Source of the DNA: Pseudomonadota bacterium
Lineage (GTDB): Bacteria > Pseudomonadota > Alphaproteobacteria > Rhizobiales > Rhizobiaceae
Direction: 5' to 3'
NCBI GenBank assembly: GCA_023387775.1
Contig: JAEWHN010000384.1
Span: forward strand, 1-57,958
Length of the DNA stretch: 57,958 nt
Shown here: positions 8,842-17,976 of the stretch, piece by piece
Numbering within the stretch: the stretch's first letter is position 1
Layout of the letters: every line of letters starts with the position of its first letter
Position numbers and translations under genes: made by a program
Notes under the pieces: model-generated
Seen by the model: only the letters and a program-made list of their open reading frames with translations
Database searches by the model: none
What the model was told of the DNA's origin: nothing

Positions 8842-9602
8842 CACGACAGCCCCAGTGCCTTGCGCACCTGCGGCATGGCCGAGATGGCATAGACCGCAAA
8901 ACCGACGATGACGGCGACGAGGGCGAGTTGCACGCGCCAATCGAGCGCGCCGAACGCCGCCAGCGGCGTGCCGATCGCAGTCATGGACCAGGTCCAGAAC
9001 CGCTTCGACTTGCCCAGCGGCTCTTCCTTGGGGCGGGCCGGCGCCGGCGCGTCGCGCTCAGGCGCGGCCGCCCTCGCCTGCTTGACCTTGTCCAGCATCG
9101 CCTCGACACACTCCGGCGCCACCAGCACCTTGTTGAGGCCGTCGCCGCCATAGAAGGTCTGCCCGCGCTTCAGCTCGCGCTTCTGGCCCCTGGTTGCCGC
9201 GAGCACTGGCAGCGATGCCCACTCCTGCGCCAGCCGTTTCCCGAACTCCGTTCGATCGATCTTGCCGGCCATGAAGGCCTCGTAGCTACGGCGTTTGAGC
9301 AGGTGAAAGCCGAGCCGGTCCTGAAGATCCGCATCGAAGCGCTGGCTGTCGCGCAACCCGAGTTCCTTCGACAGGTCGATCAGCGTGGCCCGCAGGAACT
9401 GGTAACGGCCGGCCGCGCTCGAGCCGTGGCTTTTCGACCAGGCTTTCTGCGCATCGATCACCTCGCCCAGCGTCATGCTGGTGAGCGGCTTCGAAAGCTT
9501 GCCCTGCTTATTGGCATAAATCGTGCCGTAGCCCTGCGGCGCCTCGATATCGCCGATGAAGTCGAGCAGCATCGCCGCTCCGGCTGGAACGGTTTTATCC
9601 AT
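8841..9602 (-). CDS. Endolysin (lysozyme-like muramidase) with C-terminal TM helices
   Basis: LLDFIGDIEA, SSAAGRYQF, FDADLQDRL and LAQEWASLP motifs of lambda-type/GH104 lysozymes. Confidence 0.88.
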   Translation of the reverse strand: MDKTVPAGAAMLLDFIGDIEAPQGYGTIYANKQGKLSKPLTSMTLGEVIDAQKAWSKSHGSSAAGRYQFLRATLIDLSKELGLRDSQRFDADLQDRLGFHLLKRRSYEAFMAGKIDRTEFGKRLAQEWASLPVLAATRGQKRELKRGQTFYGGDGLNKVLVAPECVEAMLDKVKQARAAAPERDAPAPARPKEEPLGKSKRFWTWSMTAIGTPLAAFGALDWRVQLALVAVIVGFAVYAISAMPQVRKALGLS

Positions 9603-9678
9603 GGCTGGTCCTTTCCCGCCCCAAGGCGTGGTTGAATTTTCAGGTGATTGCCCGTGAGATCGGCGCTACGACTGGCGC

Positions 9679-9777
9679 ATGAACGCCCGCCGGATAGCGC
9701 TGCTCATATGCACGGCCTTGATGATGGTCTTGGCGATCTTCGGCATCCCGCCGGCGGTCATGCCGTCGCGGCGATGA
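9679..9777 (+). CDS. Possible small hydrophobic peptide (32 aa)
   Basis: MNARRIALLICTALMMVLAIFGIPPAVMPSRR; below the ORF-track cutoff, no clear RBS. Confidence 0.3.
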   Translation: MNARRIALLICTALMMVLAIFGIPPAVMPSRR

Positions 9778-10007
9778 CCTGTCCCAGCCCCACGCGTGGT
9801 TGTTCAAAGATCGCAAAGACGACGTGAAGAACGCCAAAGCACCGGAAGTAAGCCTTGGCGGCTATACTTGCGCGGTCATAATCCAAAATGCGTATGCCGC
9901 CGGTGGTGAAACTTACGAAATAGTTAACTTGCTGAATTATGCCTATTTATCAAAGCACTAGAAGCTGCGCCAATGCACTCGATCAGCCGCCGCCAAGTAC
10001 ATCAGCC

Positions 10008-10022
10008 TTAACGAACCGTTAA
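10008..10022. promoter_or_regulatory. CtrA binding site upstream of the pilin gene
   Basis: TTAA-CGAACCG-TTAA = TTAA-N7-TTAA in an AT-rich intergenic region; extra TTAAC half-site at 9924. Confidence 0.75.
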
Positions 10023-10137
10023 ATTGGCGTTGACTCGAATTCTCGCGCATCACAGGATCAAGTCAGGACGCAGGGGGACAATCCTTTTCCGAAGCAACGT
10101 CTTCGCCGTCCAGTGTGTGTAACTCTTGGGGTGTATT

Positions 10138-10371
10138 ATGAAGAATTTTGCAAACATTGCTCGGCAGTTCCGCGACGAAGAGACCGGCGCAGCCATGGTT
10201 GAATACAGCATTCTGCTCGGGCTGATTGCCGCTGCCACCATCACTGCGGTCATTGCTATTGGCGGATGGGTTACCGGTCAGTTCGCCGGTCTCTGCGACA
10301 CGCTGGCCGCAAACACCAGCGTTGCATGCGATGCAACGGGCGGTGCCGGCGGCGGCGGTGCCGGCGGCTGA
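10138..10371 (+). CDS. flp: Flp/Fap family type IVb (Tad) pilin
   Basis: Leader ...QFRDEETG^AAMVEY (Flp motif GxxxxEY) followed by a hydrophobic helix; C-terminal Cys pair and Gly-rich tail. Confidence 0.93.
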   Translation: MKNFANIARQFRDEETGAAMVEYSILLGLIAAATITAVIAIGGWVTGQFAGLCDTLAANTSVACDATGGAGGGGAGG

Positions 10372-10489
10372 GACGGACACTCAGCCAACGGTCATCGCAA
10401 CTTTATTGACCGGTTAGGAAGCTCGTTTTCACCCCCGTGTTTCCGATCCTTCCTGCCGGTCATGTCTCCTGCCAAAACACCAGGAGACT

Positions 10490-10540
10490 GTCGGCGCGCT
10501 CGGATTGGTTCCCCCAGGTTCCAGTCCGTAGCGCGCCGAC
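10490..10540. terminator. Long hairpin between the convergent pilin and tail genes
   Basis: GTCGGCGCGCT (10490-10500) pairs with AGCGCGCCGAC (10530-10540); inner CGGA/TCCG pairing. Confidence 0.6.
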
Positions 10541-10551
10541 GCCTTTCAAAG

Positions 10552-10878
10552 CTACGGCGTCACGGTGATCGGGATCACCTTTACGAAGCTCTTGCCGCTG
10601 GCATCCGTCGCTTTCGCGGTCACATTATGCGTACCCACCGTCAGCCCTCCGGACACGCGCAGTTCATCGCCGACTATTGCGAAAGACGCCGCCTGGTAGC
10701 GATAGACTGCGGTAACGTGAATCTTGTCGAACAGGAGCTGGTCGACATAGCCGGCCTTGGTGTCGCGGTAGATCGCCGTGACATGCAGCTTTTCTAACCA
10801 TTGCTTGTCGAGGAAATCGCCCGCGTTCTGATCGCGATAGGCCGCTGAACTAAGGAGCTTGTCGAGACTGACGCCCAT
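10552..10878 (-). CDS. Putative virion protein: three short repeats plus C-terminal half of a cadherin-like domain
   Basis: LDKLLSSAAYR / LEKLHVTAIYR / FDKIHVTAVYR, then FAIVGDELRV...VTAKATDASGKSFVKVIPITVT. Confidence 0.7.
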   Translation of the reverse strand: MGVSLDKLLSSAAYRDQNAGDFLDKQWLEKLHVTAIYRDTKAGYVDQLLFDKIHVTAVYRYQAASFAIVGDELRVSGGLTVGTHNVTAKATDASGKSFVKVIPITVTP

Positions 10879-10881
10879 GGC

Positions 10882-11889
10882 TCACGCCCTCGACCGAACG
10901 CCGGGCTCTGACGCGTTCAGTTCAGTCGGCGTCCAGTAGGTTCCTGTCGCAGGGGACGCGTCCCACGCCTCGGTGTAGTCCGCTGCGGAAACAGTCAGCG
11001 CGCGGTCGGCCCTGTCGTCATCTGTGCCGGCCACCCTGTAGAAAATATTCGACTTCTGCGGGCCGGACGCGTCTCGGAGCTTGTTGGCGGCCACCTTAAC
11101 TCGCTCGATCCGTTCACCGGCTGCGAGTGCCGGGAAGGCGGCCATCGCGACGGAAATCCGCTGATTCGCCGCGCCGCTCGTCATGTAGGTCGCGGCCGGA
11201 GTGATCTCGCTAAGTGCCGTGTGCCCCAACCCCGCCCATTCCGAATAATACCCGTTCGCGGCCGGAGCGCGCGACACCAGTTTGGACCCTAGCGTGTTCC
11301 AGTTTGCGACAATCACTTCTGAGTAGCGGGCAGACGCGGCTGCTTGGACAGTGCTCGTGCTGAGTCTGAACTTGTCCAGCGCTATAACACTCGGAAATGT
11401 CAAATTTGCATCGTCCACGGCGATGATGGGGACTCTATCCATATACACGCGGATGGAACCGGGGTTGCCGAGCTTGATATACACGTCGAAAGTGTAGGTC
11501 GTGGACAAGAGCAACCCGAGAGGGCCAGAAATACCGATCGACTCCCATGCGGCGCCGTTCCATTTTCGCGCCTCAAGCCGATCGGAGTTCGCCGCAGACT
11601 GCCACAGGGCAATTCTGTTCACGCCTCCCGCATACCACTTCGCAAAGTTTCGTTGCATGTTCTGAAAGGCGTTCGAAGCCCAGCTAGCAACGAAATGGGA
11701 CCAGAAATCATCCGCGGAGAATGACGTAGTGTCTATGAAGTTCGCGTCCTCCGCTCCGCTAGCGCACTGGATGGCGCACCGCGCATTGGCCGCCTTGTAG
11801 AAGCCAGCCGTAGAATTGTGTACGGCACCCGAGTACGCCGCGAAATCCTGAAGTTCCGCACCCTGAAAATAGGTAATGTCCGCCATCAC
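10882..11889 (-). CDS. Putative receptor-binding/tail-associated protein (beta-rich)
   Basis: Directly downstream of the tail-tip gene; aromatic, beta-strand-rich; DNA visibly more AT-rich than neighbours. Confidence 0.55.
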   Translation of the reverse strand: MMADITYFQGAELQDFAAYSGAVHNSTAGFYKAANARCAIQCASGAEDANFIDTTSFSADDFWSHFVASWASNAFQNMQRNFAKWYAGGVNRIALWQSAANSDRLEARKWNGAAWESIGISGPLGLLLSTTYTFDVYIKLGNPGSIRVYMDRVPIIAVDDANLTFPSVIALDKFRLSTSTVQAAASARYSEVIVANWNTLGSKLVSRAPAANGYYSEWAGLGHTALSEITPAATYMTSGAANQRISVAMAAFPALAAGERIERVKVAANKLRDASGPQKSNIFYRVAGTDDDRADRALTVSAADYTEAWDASPATGTYWTPTELNASEPGVRSRA

Positions 11890-11899
11890 GCGATGTCCT

Positions 11900-14800
11900 T
11901 CAATCTATGATCTCGAATGTGATCGGGGCCATGCCGCCGACCGTGGAAAGCTTGCCGACGACTGTTCCCGTCGTGGCGCTGACCGAAACCGTGTCGTTGT
12001 CGATCAGGATGTCCGAAGGGCCGGGCGTCGCGAGGATGACCGGGATGGAATAGGACCGCCATGCAACACGCCCATCGCGCTCGGAAGAGACGACGATGTA
12101 GCCCTGTCCCAACTCGCCGAAATCGGCCTTGGACACCGCATGCGACGTCCCTGCAATCCCGGTGTAAGCATGGACGACCACGCCGGCCGGATCGGTCAGG
12201 GTGAGCGTAGTCGTCTGGCCTGCCTCTGGCGTCTGATCGGGGTCAGTCCATGCGAGTGGCGCGGCCTCTGTGAGCCGGTTGCGGCGCGCCCATGTGACCG
12301 GAATGATGCTGAGCCCGGTTGCATCGACGGGACCAGCCGGTTCAATCTTGGCGTTTCGATATGGCCTGATCGCCCGGCTGGCGAACATCACCGTATCGGT
12401 CGGCGCTTCTGCTTCATCCAGTTCGCCCCGCCCGGTCTCCGTCTTCAGCTTGACGCTGATCAGATCCCCGGCGCTGCGCTCGACCACATCGCTGTCGGAG
12501 AAGTCGTCGAAGAAGACCACGGGCGCCCCATCGGCATGCGCCTGCGGCACGGTATCAAGGCAGCCGCGGCCGATGGTCAGCGTGTTGCCGGCAATGGCAT
12601 CAACGCGCACGATCTCGTCACCAATCGAGGCGAGCGAGCCCACAGCCACCAGATCAAGGTCGGTCGCGCCGCGCACCGTCAGCGACGTTTCCAGCGCCTC
12701 GAGCGCGCCATTGACCAGAGCGGACGGTGCGAACCGCAGCCGCTCGCCCAGGTCTTCGTAGCCGGTGCCGTCATCGATCGCGACCACGGCCTGGATGGAA
12801 TCGTCGGTCGGCCTGCCGCCCGCAAACTGGACCAGCCCCGCATCCGGGTTTGCGGCCAGCTGCGTGCCGGCACTGGCCTCACCCACGGCCTGCACCATCT
12901 CGCGATAGGGCATTTCATGCACAAGGCGGCGCTCGACAGGGGCCGGTTCGCTCGACGGGTTCTCCCACTCCGAGCCTTCGTCGATGATCAGCGGATCGGC
13001 ATCGATGCCGAACACGTCCTGCACGAACTTCAGGCGAACGGCGTTGCTGCGGCCGTCGCCAAGCTTGATCTCGGTAACGCGCATGACTTCGCCAGAGAAG
13101 CCGAGGCGCTCGGAAAACAGCCTGAACGGATCGCCGGGGTTGAGGCCCGACAGCGTGCGCTTGACCGTGATGTTGCCATCGGCAAAGCCGGAGCCAAGGG
13201 CATGCAAATCGCGCTCGGCCAAACGGCTGGCAAGTTCCATCGTCTGCACGCCGGGATAGTGCCGCGTGATCGGAACGGTGCCTTCGCTCAACTGGACCTG
13301 CGCCGGGTTGTGGGCGACGTAGATGCCGTCCTTGCCCTGCTTGCGGTCGAAATACTTCACCGCAACGGAGGTGACCGCCTCGGCCGGCTGGCGGCGCCGG
13401 ACTTCCTCAACCGAGATGATGTCTTCGTCGGTGACCACCGGAATGGCATCGAGATCGTAGTCGTTCCGGATCAGCTTGATTTCGAACTTGCCGGTCCGGC
13501 GATCGACGTAGACATAGGCGTCGATGTGCGACTGGACCATTTGAGCGAATTCGGAGATCTCCTCTTCGCGTTGCCACAGCAGCGTCAGGCCGAAGCCTTC
13601 GTTGTAGAGCGTGTCGGCCGCAGCCACCCAGGAGGGGCCCATATCGCTCTCCTTGTAGCCCATGCCCTTCACCGGATCGGTCACGCATTCCCGGATGATG
13701 TGGGCCGGGTTCATGTCGACATTGGCCGAGAAGGCGAAGGACAGTGCGTCCCGAAGCGGCTTAGGATCGCCACCAGAGACAACCGGCACGCCATCATCCG
13801 GCGTGTTGTCGAGTTTCCTGGTCTCGCTGATGTCAGGGAGATCGATGTTGAAGGCGTAGGCCTCAACATTCGAAATCGCCATCAACGTCGCGGCTGCGGT
13901 GTCCGCGCTGCCGACAGTCGGGAGTCCGTCCGTGACGAAGATGAAGATGCGGCGCTTTGTGCCGGAACCTGCAAAGAACGATGAGGCTTGGCTTACTGCA
14001 GCCTCGAAGCTGGTGTCGCCAGCGGCGCTCAGACCGTTCACCCATGCGATCAGGTCGTTGTAGCCGGTATTCGTGACGTTGCGGCGCTCAATGCTAGTGG
14101 CGACCGTCGTCGACCAGGCCACCATCCGGACATCGAGCTTCACCGCGCCGCTGTCGCGCAGCATCTGCAGTGTGCCAATGACGGCTGCCTTCATGTTGGC
14201 CAGGCGCGCACCAGCCATCGAGCCGGACACGTCGAGCGCGATGTAGACCGCCGCGTTCTCGACCTTGACCTCACCGATGCCTGCCTTGGCCGAATACCAT
14301 ACCGGCGAGCCGTCCCACTTCTTGAAAACGCGCTGCGTGGTGAAGGACCATGGCGCCAGATAGGGCGTCTCGCCCATGTTCGGGCGGCGCAGAACCGCAC
14401 CGACCACGCCACGGAAAGCGGGAACGTCCGCTCCAAGCCTATCCTTCAGGTAACTGTTCTGGCCCTGGTTCGGCGCCCCCATCTCGATATCGACGTCGCC
14501 ATAGATGGTTCCAGCATTGCCGCCCGCCTTGCCTTTGACCGCAATGCGACCGCCCTTGCAGATGCCCTTCCACAGGTCATTGTCACCCGCCTTGATGCGG
14601 TAGACGGCATCGGCAACGCCATGACACAGGATCATGTGCATGCCGAGGAAGTAGTTGTGGCCGATGGTCTGGCGCGGGCCGAACAGGCCGTAGCGCCGCC
14701 CGCCATAGATATCGTCGGCCTTGAGATGCCCCCACCAGTGGACGTTCGGGCCAGTCAGTTCCTTGGTGCCGAACAGCCACGGGAGTTCCCGGCTCTCATC

Positions 14801-14926
14801 GGCGGTCGGAACGGTGAAGTCATCGACGGAGGCCGGCTTGGCGTTTTGCGGCTTGGGCCCCAAAATTAGGTTGATGGCAAAGCTACCAACCGCGCTAACC
14901 AGCCCGATGACAAGGTTCCAGAACAT
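11900..14926 (-). CDS. Tail tip / host-specificity protein with inserted vWA domain
   Basis: ELPWLFGT, NPAHIIRECVTD..GMG, GRGCLDTVPQAH and VTWARRNRL tail-tip motifs; vWA LDVSGSM...FVTDG at about 13742..14257. Confidence 0.85.
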   Translation of the reverse strand: MFWNLVIGLVSAVGSFAINLILGPKPQNAKPASVDDFTVPTADESRELPWLFGTKELTGPNVHWWGHLKADDIYGGRRYGLFGPRQTIGHNYFLGMHMILCHGVADAVYRIKAGDNDLWKGICKGGRIAVKGKAGGNAGTIYGDVDIEMGAPNQGQNSYLKDRLGADVPAFRGVVGAVLRRPNMGETPYLAPWSFTTQRVFKKWDGSPVWYSAKAGIGEVKVENAAVYIALDVSGSMAGARLANMKAAVIGTLQMLRDSGAVKLDVRMVAWSTTVATSIERRNVTNTGYNDLIAWVNGLSAAGDTSFEAAVSQASSFFAGSGTKRRIFIFVTDGLPTVGSADTAAATLMAISNVEAYAFNIDLPDISETRKLDNTPDDGVPVVSGGDPKPLRDALSFAFSANVDMNPAHIIRECVTDPVKGMGYKESDMGPSWVAAADTLYNEGFGLTLLWQREEEISEFAQMVQSHIDAYVYVDRRTGKFEIKLIRNDYDLDAIPVVTDEDIISVEEVRRRQPAEAVTSVAVKYFDRKQGKDGIYVAHNPAQVQLSEGTVPITRHYPGVQTMELASRLAERDLHALGSGFADGNITVKRTLSGLNPGDPFRLFSERLGFSGEVMRVTEIKLGDGRSNAVRLKFVQDVFGIDADPLIIDEGSEWENPSSEPAPVERRLVHEMPYREMVQAVGEASAGTQLAANPDAGLVQFAGGRPTDDSIQAVVAIDDGTGYEDLGERLRFAPSALVNGALEALETSLTVRGATDLDLVAVGSLASIGDEIVRVDAIAGNTLTIGRGCLDTVPQAHADGAPVVFFDDFSDSDVVERSAGDLISVKLKTETGRGELDEAEAPTDTVMFASRAIRPYRNAKIEPAGPVDATGLSIIPVTWARRNRLTEAAPLAWTDPDQTPEAGQTTTLTLTDPAGVVVHAYTGIAGTSHAVSKADFGELGQGYIVVSSERDGRVAWRSYSIPVILATPGPSDILIDNDTVSVSATTGTVVGKLSTVGGMAPITFEIID

Positions 14927-14938
14927 TCGGCTGTGCCC

Positions 14939-16312
14939 CTAAATGATCGAAGAGCCGAACGGGTTCTTGGAGCTCATCCAGGAAAACCCACCGTGGTTTA
15001 GGCCGTTGTTGAAGCGCTTGTTGCAGCGCTTGCGGGTCTGGTCGCAGCCGGGGAACAGAAGCACGTTCACCGAGCCCTTCAGGGCCAGTTCCTGCGCCAT
15101 GCCGGGGATCTGGGCGCTGATCGTGATCTCGTTGCCCTTGTGCCGGCGGATGTGGGCCAGCAGCCCGTTCCACTCGATGATGCCGGCTTTGAAGTCGTTG
15201 GCCGGTGCCGTGGCCGCCTCTGGTGCCGTGAGCTTCAGCCCGTTGATCGCAGTGACGGTTGTCGGCACCTTGAAGTCATTGCGGTTGAGGTTGCAGCCGA
15301 GATGATAGAGCGCATGCCGGCATGGCCTTTGCTGACGCTGGGAGCAGCCCGCGCGGCGAAGGGACGTGAACACACTCTCGGCCGTCACCTCGATCTGTTC
15401 CTTCTTGATCGAGGCGCCGACGACGCGGCCCTTCCACGTCACCTCGAACTGGCCCGACAGGTCGGTTCTGTGACCGCGCCAGATCGTAATCGTGGTCACC
15501 ACCGAGGCGGGTTGCAGGAAGGTGCGGGCGAAGGGGTTGGACAGGCCGAAAATGAACCGCAGGTCGTTGCGCTCAACGCTGCCGGTCACCTCGATGTTGC
15601 CGTGGCTGATTTCGGACGGTTCCCATGTCTCACCCATGGCGGTGACGGGCTTGGCCTCCGAGGTCAGCCGGACCTGGCCGTCACTGATGCCGAAAGCTAC
15701 TGCCAGCGCAGCTGTGAGAGGCCCGGCGTAACCGCTGGTGATGACCGGCACGCCATCGCCATGCGTGTTGTCGAGCATCTTCGTGTATGTCGTGTCCCCC
15801 TCATCGATGTTGAAGCAATAGACTTCAACGTCCGGGATGCCGGCGAGCGTTGCCGCAGCAGTCGAGGCGGTCGATGCAGGTTCCGGAAGTCCGTCCGTGA
15901 TGAAGATCAGAACCCGCCGCTTCGTCCCAGAACCGGCGAAGAACGCTCCCGCCTGGCTGACGGCGGCGCTGAAGTTAGTTCCGCCCGACGCGGTCAACGT
16001 CGCCAGCCAACCGGCGACGTCGGCGAAGCCCTGCGCATCAATAGCCCTGCGCTCGATCGAGCCCGCCACCGATGCTGACCAGGCCACCATCCGAACATCG
16101 ATCGGCCCGGTGCTATTCGCCTGAATATTCGCGAGCGTCGATTGGACTGCCGCGGCCATGTTTTCAAGGCGCTGGCCGTCCATCGAACCGGAAACGTCCA
16201 GCGCGAAATAGATGGCCGCATTGCCAATCTCCACCCTACCGCCGCTATCGAACAGGTAGAGGAAATATGGAGACCCGGCCGCTACCGAGGCTTCCTGTGC
16301 GTCATAGCTCAT
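14939..16312 (-). CDS. Tail hub protein (DUF2163/BR0599-like) with inserted vWA domain
   Basis: CRHALYHLGC and PGCDQTRKRCNKRFNNGLNHGGF Cys motifs; vWA LDVSGSM...FITDG at about 15700..16223. Confidence 0.85.
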   Translation of the reverse strand: MSYDAQEASVAAGSPYFLYLFDSGGRVEIGNAAIYFALDVSGSMDGQRLENMAAAVQSTLANIQANSTGPIDVRMVAWSASVAGSIERRAIDAQGFADVAGWLATLTASGGTNFSAAVSQAGAFFAGSGTKRRVLIFITDGLPEPASTASTAAATLAGIPDVEVYCFNIDEGDTTYTKMLDNTHGDGVPVITSGYAGPLTAALAVAFGISDGQVRLTSEAKPVTAMGETWEPSEISHGNIEVTGSVERNDLRFIFGLSNPFARTFLQPASVVTTITIWRGHRTDLSGQFEVTWKGRVVGASIKKEQIEVTAESVFTSLRRAGCSQRQQRPCRHALYHLGCNLNRNDFKVPTTVTAINGLKLTAPEAATAPANDFKAGIIEWNGLLAHIRRHKGNEITISAQIPGMAQELALKGSVNVLLFPGCDQTRKRCNKRFNNGLNHGGFSWMSSKNPFGSSII

Positions 16313-17598
16313 GCCGGAACCTCGATGACGGGAACATTGACCACCGATGCGTCGACGAGCCTGTGATCGATCGGCACCTGATCGGCGTTCAGTCGGACCT
16401 TGGAGATGAAGCAGAACATGGCGATATCGGCTGGCGTGACGGTTTGGCCGAGGCTTGCGGAAATGACGATGCTGTCATTGCCGCCGCCGGAACTGGCCGC
16501 GCCGGTGATCTGCCGCATGAGGCTGGTGCCGTTGTTCAGCAGCATCATGACATGGCGGCCGAGATATGAACTCGGATGCCCGACGCTCTTCACCAGAACT
16601 GTGGTTGCAGCGGCGCCGATAGTGGCCTGCAGCGCCAGATCCTGATTGGAGCTCGGCAGCCAGAAGGCCTTTTGCTTGCCGCGCAGCAAATGCAGCCAGA
16701 GCCGCCGCTTCCAAACGCCCCCGGGCCGCTTCTCCAGGAATGAGACGGTTTGCCCGAAGTCGGCATAATTGCGCAGCGCCTCCACTCGGATCGGCCCGAA
16801 GCCATTGTCGACATAATCCGCTGACCGGATGATGTTCTCGGCCACGCTGGCGACCAGCACGGGCTTCTCGGTCACCACATCGAGCCCTTGATATTGCGGG
16901 TAGTCAGACGCCCACAGCCCGGCGAGATCGCGATTGTCGATGACGAGGAACTTGGCGCCGACATCGCTGTAGGTGGCCTGCCGGTCGACGGAGAAGCCTT
17001 CGGGCACCAGCGCAGGCCGGAGCGGCATGATCGTCGGCTTGTGGAAGTCCTGCCCGATCGGTCCCAAGAGCCCGAGAGAACCCGGCGAGACGGACGCAAC
17101 ACGGGCAACGGCGAACTTGTCCGACCTCTCCCAGATCACGACCCCGCCATCCAGGCGCCAGTCACCGGCTGTGGTGTCGAGCGCGATGCTGTCCTCCGCG
17201 GCGGTAAGGTCGACTGTCAGGTTGACGCCTTCCATCCAAACCGGAACGCCGATGACGGTTCCGGCCCGACGCTTGGCGAAAGACACCGCCCTTGCATGTT
17301 CGGCACTCGACAGGCGCACGCTGTAGGAGAACGACTGCCGCGGTGCGTTGCGCAGGGCTAGCCGCTGTTCGCCAGTCCGGCCGCCAAGCACTTCGGTCAG
17401 CCATTCCAGTGTTTCGCTAACCGGCTTGGCGTGGAAGGGCCATGTCTCCGGCAGGACAACCACGTCAGGCTGCCCAAGCACTGGGGCACCAGCCACGAGC
17501 GATTGCGGCTCAACCGCAATACTCAGGCCGATAGTCGGTGAGCCGAGGTCAGGTGCTCCGGTTGTGATCCCGAGCGGTTCGACGTGGACCGTCGCCAT
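16309..17598 (-). CDS. Minor tail (distal-tail-like) protein
   Basis: ETLEWLTEVL...EQRLALRNAPRQ and LRGKQKAFWLPS motifs; position between tape measure and hub. Confidence 0.7.
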   Translation of the reverse strand: MATVHVEPLGITTGAPDLGSPTIGLSIAVEPQSLVAGAPVLGQPDVVVLPETWPFHAKPVSETLEWLTEVLGGRTGEQRLALRNAPRQSFSYSVRLSSAEHARAVSFAKRRAGTVIGVPVWMEGVNLTVDLTAAEDSIALDTTAGDWRLDGGVVIWERSDKFAVARVASVSPGSLGLLGPIGQDFHKPTIMPLRPALVPEGFSVDRQATYSDVGAKFLVIDNRDLAGLWASDYPQYQGLDVVTEKPVLVASVAENIIRSADYVDNGFGPIRVEALRNYADFGQTVSFLEKRPGGVWKRRLWLHLLRGKQKAFWLPSSNQDLALQATIGAAATTVLVKSVGHPSSYLGRHVMMLLNNGTSLMRQITGAASSGGGNDSIVISASLGQTVTPADIAMFCFISKVRLNADQVPIDHRLVDASVVNVPVIEVPA

Positions 17599-17972
17599 CA
17601 GGCACCACCAGCACCCGGAATGCCGACGTCAAACGCAGGCGATGTGATCGTGTCGCCGGTCGCCACCGTCCTGCCGTCCTTCATCTCCCTTGTGGCCAGC
17701 AGGCGCGAGTTGGTGCCATCGACCAGTGCGTAATGCGTCACCGAGCCGTTGGCGGTTGCCGCGCCGTCGCTGACGGCAGCAACAGTGACCTTGCGGCCCG
17801 ATGGCGTGCGATCGGCCGGAGCACCGACCGAAGGACTGGCCTTGCTGCCCAATGACAGGGACACGGCCTGGGCATAGTTGGTCGGCTCGGCCGAACAGAA
17901 GTGCAGCCGTGTCGTCTCCGTCGTCAGGACGTTGAGGCCAAGGTCGAGCACGCGGGGGTTGAGGTAGGCCAT
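17598..17972 (-). CDS. Putative virion structural protein
   Basis: Translationally coupled within the tail operon; beta-rich 124 aa. Confidence 0.6.
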   Translation of the reverse strand: MAYLNPRVLDLGLNVLTTETTRLHFCSAEPTNYAQAVSLSLGSKASPSVGAPADRTPSGRKVTVAAVSDGAATANGSVTHYALVDGTNSRLLATREMKDGRTVATGDTITSPAFDVGIPGAGGA

Positions 17973-17976
17973 GGGG

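Noticed and set aside
11876..13984. 702-aa plus-strand ORF (likewise 23289..24869 and 36475..38469)
   Set aside because: Antisense to well-supported tail or methyltransferase genes; no domain signatures
13742..16223. Duplicated vWA DNA as a possible diversity-generating retroelement TR/VR pair
   Set aside because: No reverse transcriptase in the window; both copies are in-frame coding domains and differences are not adenine-specific
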